Source of the DNA: Saprospiraceae bacterium
Lineage (GTDB): Bacteria > Bacteroidota > Bacteroidia > Chitinophagales > Saprospiraceae
Length of the DNA: 64,000 nt
Reading direction: 5' to 3'
NCBI GenBank assembly: GCA_016710265.1
Contig: JADJJL010000001.1
Span: 859,553-923,552 of the forward strand
Positions 20,001 through 25,820 of the stretch are shown here, piece after piece. Each line of letters starts with the position of its first letter. Position 1 is the stretch's first letter. The notes under the pieces were generated by a model. It saw only the letters and a list, made by a program, of their open reading frames with translations. It was not told the origin of the DNA and did not search any database. A program made the translations under genes and the position numbers.

Positions 20001-22107
20001 ATATTCCATTGGGAGGCAAACAGGTGATTTGTTGTATGCAACTTTTGCATTGTCTTTTCACAATGAAATAAGATTTTATACCGGAGATAATCTCACAGAG
20101 TTACTTACAGATACGACCAATGATTGTTTAACCATTAAAAATCTAAAACAAAATTTAGTTTACATCATTTCAGAGTACCAAAGGCAAATGATTATTAATT
20201 TGGTGCAAGCAAATGAAAATCCATGGATTTTTAAAAATGAGGGATTTGATGAATTATACGCCATCCAGGAATTAAGCAATCTGGGTGATAAAGCAAGCAC
20301 ATTTGGTCTTTATCATAATAAAATGCTTATTGCTTGCTTATTTAATCAATATGAAATAGGTGAAGAATACCACAGACAAGCATCAACCTACGAAGATGAA
20401 TCCACTGCCCGTCAAATAAATTATTCAGCTTATTTATTCTATTCTACAATTACACAGATTAAAACAATTTCTTCAAATGAGTCTAAAATAAGAAATGAAA
20501 TACTAAAAAGTATCCAGAAAAAAATAAAAAAACTGCAATCTCATTCTCACTTCGCTCCTCAAAATTTCATGAACAAATATTTACTTTTGCTTGCCTTGTT
20601 AGATGAATATGAGGGAAGAATGAACCAAGCAATGGGACGTTTTTTAGAATCCATTAAATACGCCAAAGAAGCCGGCTTTATTTGTGAAGAAGCCATTGGT
20701 CGAGAATTGTTTTCCCAATTCTTATTGAAAGCGGGTGAAAAAGAATATGGTGAAATGATGTTGAATGTAGCCTACCAATGCTATAATAGTTGGGGCGCAA
20801 TTAATAAATGCCAACAGTTGGTTAAATTATTTCCACAAATTTTGGGAAATCAAGCAGATTTTGGTAAAGAAAGTACTATCGCTTCCTTTCAAAATATTTT
20901 TGATCTAAACACTATTATAAAATCCAATAAAATACTTTCTTCTGAAAATAATTTGGACAGTCTTCTTACCAAAATGTTAGAGCTTGTCATGACCAACGCA
21001 AGCTGCAGTAAAGCCATTATAATTATTAAAGATTCAAAAGGGCAATTGGTTCCTTACGCATTGGGATTACAAGAAGAAATAAGTATTCTCAAAAATGAAA
21101 TTCATCCATTGACCATTCTTGTTCCCCAATCATTGATTTTGTATGTGTCTCATTCTAAAACTGAATATGTAAGTCCCAATTTAAGTTTGGATAAACAATA
21201 CAATTTGGACACTTATGTAAAAGCGACCAATCCAATCTCTGTTTGTTGCATACCTATTATAACCAATCAGGCCCTATTGGGAATTATTTATCTTGAAAAT
21301 AATCTTGCGGAAAATGCATTTGATAAAAAAAGAGTGGAATTCTTTAAAACCATTACCTCTCAACTGGCAATTTCTATGGAAAATGTAGCACTCTATTCTG
21401 AAATGGAGATCAAAGTGACTGAAAGAACCTCCCAGTTACAACAAAAAAATCAAGAATTAACCGTAGAAAAAAATAAATCCGATGAATTACTATTAAATAT
21501 TCTTCCGGAAGAAATAGCCACAGAATTAAAGGAAAATGGTAAATCTATTGCAAAGAAATATGAACAGGTGACCATACTTTTTTCTGACATTAAAGATTTT
21601 ACTTTAATTTCTGAACTTATGGAAGCAGAAGAATTGGTTTCCGAGTTGGATACATGTTTTAAAAAGTTTGATGAAATTATAATAGAATTTGGACTGGAGA
21701 AAATAAAAACTGTAGGTGACGCATATCTTGCAGTTGGTGGTTTACCGGACAACAATAAAGCCACAGCATTAGATGTTGTTACAGCTGCATTCAAAATGGT
21801 TGAATTTACTTCACAAAGAGTAAACGATCGAAAAAAACAAAACAAACCTGGTTTTGAAATTCGTGTTGGTATCAATACCGGTTCCGTCGTATCAGGAATT
21901 GTAGGTATTAAAAAATTCCAATTTGACATTTGGGGAAATGCAGTCAACCTGGCAGCAAGATTAGAACAAAGTTCAGAACCAGGTCGAATAAATATTTCTT
22001 CCTCTACTTATGAACTAATTAAAAAGACTTTCAGCTGCGAGTATCGTGGAAGAATTCCAGCCAAAGGGATTGGAGATATTGATATGTATTTTGTGAATGA
22101 TCAATAA
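17056..22107 (+). CDS. Multidomain signalling protein: protein-kinase-like (probably inactive) domain, AAA/STAND ATPase, helical-repeat region, GAF domain and class III adenylate/guanylate cyclase
   Basis: Kinase-like fold with VLVK (beta3 Lys), NEFEV (alphaC Glu), SYIAPEQ and DLYSLGIVLYE. Walker A GQNGIGKS (18004-18027) and Walker B VVLFVDDMQW. GAF-like segment ending GIIYLENN. Cyclase domain (about 21568-22095) with FSDIKDF, KTVGDAYLAVGG and FDIWGNAVNLAARLE. Confidence 0.85.
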   Translation: MYQALSESVRSKVYLHHEGENQESVLVKTSAPSRLSKTELKNEFEVTKKLNLSGIRKPVRESIFQNRDGYYYEYIDGIGLNEFILKNRIELKTFIKIAKEISKTLSEIHEKGFIHLRINSHNIIIHPPDLNIHVIDFSLASSIKENKTINFAEWGLELSYIAPEQTGHLNKKVDQRTDLYSLGIVLYELWSGFPPFRNENAADTIHDHLVKLPTSLDRIRPETPPFINLIVEKLLSKNPDTRYQSAKGLLADILECEEIINSGLSFVQFKPGKVDLPTTLNISTGFYGRKKEFKKLSNLFDEVHTRHKNNAIILITGQNGIGKSRLAIEFSKYCTENSAIFLSSKLNQHGVQLPNQVVIDALKNLAIYILSQTDESLAEWKKIIQNSVAEIGQLLIDLVPEFAWILEAQPKLPSLNVNQAESRLNFLFYKIIEGVANENHPVVLFVDDMQWMDNASWKNLEILLNGKGLSNFILLGAYWQEPSSDHHEFIENSTRLINKNLQTEQIQLQNLSQEEIAEYLSDSFEMENLNTLIQLAYRRTGGNPFYLQKYLDSLYVQKHLEFNTGSQKWIIHSEEIIEIEWAENVISYLNEQVKLLPTDCMRIFGIASCLGYHFNKTDLLEISEISINELNRILKILVDNNLLNDKSNEEYHFEHETLHSTALQLLDSSKKELIHHKIANKYLSILNNKETGSLLYYVTDQFNKSKSCITTAERLEVVQLNYQTALSAKNATDYELAFKHYTTAISMLEKTDWNKHYALILNLHNEAAECGMKIGQYIVANNFLEISLQNAKDSFDRILAHEIKLLHLIETHQFSSSIEYLLKVLDEIGYNVKRNPSKLEILKEFLKVKFMFIGKKPQDISHLPEMTAQAPLAFIKLTTIATVAIFGNAPDILPIINFKQVYLSLKYGKSTYLPYAIAAHGFAITAFMGDLDKGHDLAKSALQMTEEEDLPLIKAKVMVIYYGFLSYWKNSIVESKAPLKLAYSIGRQTGDLLYATFALSFHNEIRFYTGDNLTELLTDTTNDCLTIKNLKQNLVYIISEYQRQMIINLVQANENPWIFKNEGFDELYAIQELSNLGDKASTFGLYHNKMLIACLFNQYEIGEEYHRQASTYEDESTARQINYSAYLFYSTITQIKTISSNESKIRNEILKSIQKKIKKLQSHSHFAPQNFMNKYLLLLALLDEYEGRMNQAMGRFLESIKYAKEAGFICEEAIGRELFSQFLLKAGEKEYGEMMLNVAYQCYNSWGAINKCQQLVKLFPQILGNQADFGKESTIASFQNIFDLNTIIKSNKILSSENNLDSLLTKMLELVMTNASCSKAIIIIKDSKGQLVPYALGLQEEISILKNEIHPLTILVPQSLILYVSHSKTEYVSPNLSLDKQYNLDTYVKATNPISVCCIPIITNQALLGIIYLENNLAENAFDKKRVEFFKTITSQLAISMENVALYSEMEIKVTERTSQLQQKNQELTVEKNKSDELLLNILPEEIATELKENGKSIAKKYEQVTILFSDIKDFTLISELMEAEELVSELDTCFKKFDEIIIEFGLEKIKTVGDAYLAVGGLPDNNKATALDVVTAAFKMVEFTSQRVNDRKKQNKPGFEIRVGINTGSVVSGIVGIKKFQFDIWGNAVNLAARLEQSSEPGRINISSSTYELIKKTFSCEYRGRIPAKGIGDIDMYFVNDQ

Positions 22108-22146
22108 TATCTTTTTAATTTAAAGGATTCCTTTTATTTACAAATG

Positions 22147-23595
22147 TTATTTAACATTGGTCAATCCCCATATGAAATCTGCATTGTAACCATAGCCCCT
22201 CGTGGTAGTATCGCTGGTCAGAAATCTTGCATTGCTATGACAACCCATACAACTGGAGTTCTTTTGTTCAAAAGTTTCTAGGACTGTATTTGCCATAATA
22301 TTAGGTGTATATCCTTCTCCCGAAGTAAACAAAGTAGGAAGAAAGGGCCATTGTGTCCCAACCAATTGATAATACTGCCAAACGGAGTTGGAGTCAACCA
22401 TTCTTATTTTTTGTCGATAGCGATCATTTATTGCATTTGTGCTCTGGGCGATTGGATTAATTCTAACAATTTGATGAGGTTGATTCCACAATTCCTTGTT
22501 TTGAGTCTTCTTCGGATTTGGTTTGTTAATTCGATTCGTATCTATATTCTCCGGATTAAAATAACTATATTTGACATTAGGATCAATATCAGGTAATCCG
22601 TCGGAGTTTAGGCCCGGTGCATTGTCAATATGCTCAAAACTACTCCATATCCATTGGGTAGCCTCTGAAACTTTCTGCACAATGTGCAAACCTACCAATC
22701 CCATTTCAACCGTTTGATTTGAATCATTCAGAACATTGCGTATATAATATCTTGATTTGTCATCTTTATCAGTCATGATTCTCCAAGCAGATTTAATGAT
22801 GGAGGAGTTTGGATTTTTAAGAAAATAATAATCACCACCCATTAGTTTAAAGCTTGAGTCTACTGTATTACCGATTGAAAAATAGGCTCTCCTATATCGT
22901 TCTACTATATTTACTTGGGTATCATTTTCAATCACCTTAAGTCCTCTTGTAACTGAAGGCCAATTTTTTACAAATTCTTTTTGACCTTCTAAATTATATA
23001 GTTTTGCGTTCGTGACGTATTCGTATGCTTCACGATTGTAAAATAATTGATATAGGGTTGTATTTCTATTTTGGTCAATTAAAATATGATGATCCGCTTC
23101 CGTTTTTTCTAAAGTATTTAATTTTGGAATGGTTCTCAATTCTGAAGCAATATAAGTGAGTAAAGAATTTCCTGTCACTTGTATGTGTTGATCCCAGCTC
23201 TCAGGAATTTTACCATCCTTGGTATAAAGTTTATGACTTGGCATCCAATATTCAAATACCACATGGTTGGATTTAAGTGCAAAACTTGAATTGGTATCCG
23301 GTGTACCATCCAAATTGGCTGGCCAACATGTAGCTATGAAAGTGCGCCAGGAAAAATCATCCGCGTTGTTTTGCAAATACAACACTAGGCTGTCCTTATT
23401 CTGGAAATTTGGAACATTTTGTATCAAAGGTAAATTCAAATCTGAGGGTATATTATAAAGCCCATAAAATGGATTTCTAATACCCATCAAGTTTGGACTA
23501 TTAAAATTTGTATTCATTTTGCATTGTCCAAGCAAAAGTATGGCAAGTACAATAGCGATCATCATGTGTGGAATGGCTTTAAAGTTTGATTTCAT
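22147..23595 (-). CDS. Secreted or lipoprotein-like protein of unknown function with a C-terminal CxxCH motif
   Basis: N-terminal signal sequence (MMIAIVLAILLLGQC). Single CMGCH motif at nt 22237-22251. Only 12 nt downstream of the preceding gene. No family recognised with confidence. Confidence 0.6.
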   Translation of the reverse strand: MKSNFKAIPHMMIAIVLAILLLGQCKMNTNFNSPNLMGIRNPFYGLYNIPSDLNLPLIQNVPNFQNKDSLVLYLQNNADDFSWRTFIATCWPANLDGTPDTNSSFALKSNHVVFEYWMPSHKLYTKDGKIPESWDQHIQVTGNSLLTYIASELRTIPKLNTLEKTEADHHILIDQNRNTTLYQLFYNREAYEYVTNAKLYNLEGQKEFVKNWPSVTRGLKVIENDTQVNIVERYRRAYFSIGNTVDSSFKLMGGDYYFLKNPNSSIIKSAWRIMTDKDDKSRYYIRNVLNDSNQTVEMGLVGLHIVQKVSEATQWIWSSFEHIDNAPGLNSDGLPDIDPNVKYSYFNPENIDTNRINKPNPKKTQNKELWNQPHQIVRINPIAQSTNAINDRYRQKIRMVDSNSVWQYYQLVGTQWPFLPTLFTSGEGYTPNIMANTVLETFEQKNSSCMGCHSNARFLTSDTTTRGYGYNADFIWGLTNVK

Positions 23596-23607
23596 TTTCT
23601 ACAATAT

Positions 23608-24636
23608 TTATTGTTTTTTAAATCCAAGATAGGCTTTCAATTTAGGCGGAAAGTTCGGTAGATAAGTGACTTTAAAATGGCTAAACCAAATTTTAAAATC
23701 ATTTGAAACATGATGTTGATTTAAGAAATAAGAGTGGACCAAATTGCTTGAAAATTCATTTTGACAATTAAACAAGTCTTGAAACTGATTGAAAAAATGA
23801 ATGGCTCTTAGAGGATCATCAAAATAACATTCAATACCAATTTTATCAAGTATCTCTTCTCGAATGTCTATGTCCAAATCCACTTGGCTTGCAAATTGTG
23901 CTGAAAGTGAAAGAATATTCATCAAAGTGCCATCCTGAACATATTTGTATCCTATTGATTGCAGAAATAAAGGAATATTATTAGGACCTAATTTCTGAAT
24001 AAATAAACGCAAGCCAGATTCGCCCCTTGCATGCATCATTCCAATTTGAGATATGACGGCTTGTTCTCCTAATATTTTATAACATTCTAATAATTTTTTT
24101 AAACTATCTGACTGAATACTTTGATTTGTAACCGTTTCAAATATTTCTTTCGTCGCTAATACAATTTCTAGTTTGTTGGCTTTCAAATTCGGTCCATAAA
24201 AAAAACTGAATGCAGGGTTGTTTGTTTGAATATCATTCTTATCAAATTCAAGCCAAATATTTTGAATGGTCGATTTCCATTTGATTTCCCAGTTAGTTTG
24301 AAATTTTATAAGAGAATCCAATGATTGGATATTTTTTGGATGCTTCCAGATTTTATTTTGAAAAGGAAATAAGAAATTTCTAAATTGTATAGGAGAATGA
24401 AAACAAATTAAAAAATCGGGTTCCAATTTAGTTTCTTGAAGATGAAACTCATATCCAAAATAATCACTAACAGAAAGAGGTACCCCTTCTAATAAGGATA
24501 TTACTTCATTAAAATAATCTTCATTAATATGTTTAAAAGGTCCAAAATTTTTAAATTTTTCTAAAACATGGACCAAGCATAAACCTACAAAAGCAGGATT
24601 ATCTTCCTTTTTTGTAATATCAGGTAGCGACACCAC
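23608..24636 (-). CDS. Hypothetical cytoplasmic protein (342 aa), possible five-repeat alpha-beta-beta-alpha barrel
   Basis: GTG start (no in-frame ATG for about 200 codons), 39 nt downstream of the small peptide gene. No signal peptide, TM segment or nucleotide-binding motif. Five pairs of beta-strand-like segments occur at a spacing of about 58-68 aa. Confidence 0.6.
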   Translation of the reverse strand: MVSLPDITKKEDNPAFVGLCLVHVLEKFKNFGPFKHINEDYFNEVISLLEGVPLSVSDYFGYEFHLQETKLEPDFLICFHSPIQFRNFLFPFQNKIWKHPKNIQSLDSLIKFQTNWEIKWKSTIQNIWLEFDKNDIQTNNPAFSFFYGPNLKANKLEIVLATKEIFETVTNQSIQSDSLKKLLECYKILGEQAVISQIGMMHARGESGLRLFIQKLGPNNIPLFLQSIGYKYVQDGTLMNILSLSAQFASQVDLDIDIREEILDKIGIECYFDDPLRAIHFFNQFQDLFNCQNEFSSNLVHSYFLNQHHVSNDFKIWFSHFKVTYLPNFPPKLKAYLGFKKQ

Positions 24637-24675
24637 TCTATTCCAGAATTGACAGGAATGGAGTAATAATTATGA

Positions 24676-24945
24676 TTATGTGGTGGTATTCCAGTAGGCC
24701 TGATTTTGATCTGGCGTAGTATTCCAATAAGCCGAGTTTGTATCAGGTGAATGATTTGCCATATATGCATTGTAAATGGCATTGATGTCTTCTATATCCG
24801 ACCCAGATAGATCAGAAGTTGGGGGCATATCATATTTTGCAATATTGATAGCTTCTTCAAGCGAAACAGCCAATACCTCAGATGGATACTGTGATTTCAT
24901 GTCTGCTGGCAATACATCGCCAATTGTTAAATCTGATTTTTCCAT
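24676..24945 (-). CDS. Small acidic protein (89 aa) with duplicated C-terminal AYWNTT motif; candidate modified-peptide precursor
   Basis: ATG preceded by an A-rich leader and a TATATTTG box. No signal peptide. It has many Asp/Glu and few Lys/Arg. The C-terminus is ...NSAYWNTTPDQNQAYWNTTT, and the two motif copies use different synonymous codons. Confidence 0.55.
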   Translation of the reverse strand: MEKSDLTIGDVLPADMKSQYPSEVLAVSLEEAINIAKYDMPPTSDLSGSDIEDINAIYNAYMANHSPDTNSAYWNTTPDQNQAYWNTTT

Positions 24946-24965
24946 GGTTTTTTGTTTTGTGTATG

Positions 24966-24973
24966 CAAATATA
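24966..24973 (-). promoter_or_regulatory. Candidate -7 promoter box (TATATTTG on minus strand) for the three-gene operon
   Basis: Plus-strand CAAATATA is TATATTTG on the minus strand, matching TAnnTTTG. It lies about 20 nt upstream of the ATG at 24945. No clear -33 element. Confidence 0.3.
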
Positions 24974-25117
24974 CTTTATAAACTTATAAATCTATTTGAA
25001 TAAATTATTATGGTGTTAATCTATTGATATTCAATTGATAAAATAATTTATTAAGTCATTTATATTGGAATAACCGGAATCCATTGGAAAATAAAAGTAA
25101 ATCTTATGAAAGAAGAG

Positions 25118-25191
25118 TAGCGTGGGGGAGGCTTGAACTCCCGACCTTGCGATTATGAATCGCACGCTCTGACCAGCTGAGCTACCACGCC
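25118..25191 (-). tRNA. tRNA with CAU anticodon (elongator Met or lysidine-modified Ile2)
   Basis: The reverse complement folds as a 74-nt cloverleaf: GGCGTGG-TA-GCTC-AGCTGGTCA-GAGC-G-TGCGA-TTCATAA-TCGCA-AGGTC-GGGAG-TTCAAGC-CTCCC-CCACGCT-A. The 1:72 pair is G:U. The anticodon stem lacks the three G:C pairs of initiator tRNA. CCA is not encoded. Confidence 0.9.
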
Positions 25192-25415
25192 ATCTAAAGA
25201 ACTGATAATGAACTTCTTAATTAAGTTATAGTTCAAAATGGATGGCAAAGATAGGAATTGTTTTGGATAAGATTGGCAATGGAAAAGAATTTATTGATGG
25301 TCTTGAATCAATTTCTATTCTCCATTTTTAGTAGCTCAGTATTTAAGCTTATTTTAACCTCATAGAAATATACCTAATCAAGTTTTTCTCGTCCAAGTAT
25401 CAAATTCATGCTATT

Positions 25416-25820
25416 ATGAAAAAGCGATTTAATCTTTCTATTGGATACTTGCAAGCTGTAGTTTTAGGAATAACCCTCAGTTTGTTTCTGACTTCTTGTC
25501 TTAGACAAACCAAAAATAATGATGTTCTTAAAATTAGTACCCAATCTAAAAAGCAAAGTTCCAAAAAAATAAGTCAGGTTTCAAAGAAAGCTTTATCCAA
25601 GAAAAACAATATCAATATTGCAAAAAATGATACTGTATTAATAATAAATGAAGAAATAGAAGTCGCGAATCAAGTAGAACAAGAAAGTCAAATGACTTCA
25701 GATTCTTCTATCGTGAATAATATTGATTATTCAGATAGTATAGAACTTGAAAACTATTTTGCCGAACTAGAAAAAGTAGAAGTGGACAGTTCAGATTTTG
25801 TTTTAATCAAAGATTATTAA
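25416..25820 (+). CDS. Hypothetical lipoprotein
   Basis: Signal peptide with lipobox-like LFLTSC. Low-complexity Ser/Lys/Asn/Glu-rich mature part. The 3' end overlaps the convergent bamA stop by 4 nt. Confidence 0.5.
   Translation: MKKRFNLSIGYLQAVVLGITLSLFLTSCLRQTKNNDVLKISTQSKKQSSKKISQVSKKALSKKNNINIAKNDTVLIINEEIEVANQVEQESQMTSDSSIVNNIDYSDSIELENYFAELEKVEVDSSDFVLIKDY

Noticed and set aside
21450-21947. 165-aa minus-strand ORF inside the cyclase domain region. Similar long antisense ORFs occur at 45535-45978, 47836-48282, 15176-15481, 38703-39098, 29561-29944, 53745-54068, 54171-54509, 52189-52506 and 61714-62016.
   Set aside because: Each lies entirely antisense to a gene with strong family motifs. 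Their products are low-complexity and carry no recognisable motif. They are typical shadow ORFs of AT-rich genomes.
24585-24782. 65-aa minus-strand ORF spanning the junction between the small peptide gene and the 342-aa gene.
   Set aside because: It is out of frame with both, overlaps the well-defined stop of the peptide gene and the GTG start region, and has no motif. It is most likely a spurious alternative frame.
25023-25035. Inverted repeat ATTGA-TAT-TCAAT upstream of the peptide operon, considered as a possible operator.
   Set aside because: It has only 5-bp arms in an AT-rich region, which is expected by chance, and no regulator gene is adjacent.
22108-25191. Possibility that the three-gene operon is a tRNA-Met-associated integrated island.
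   Set aside because: I found no integrase or recombinase, no direct repeat of the tRNA 3' end, and no obvious compositional shift by eye. Adjacency to the tRNA alone is not evidence.
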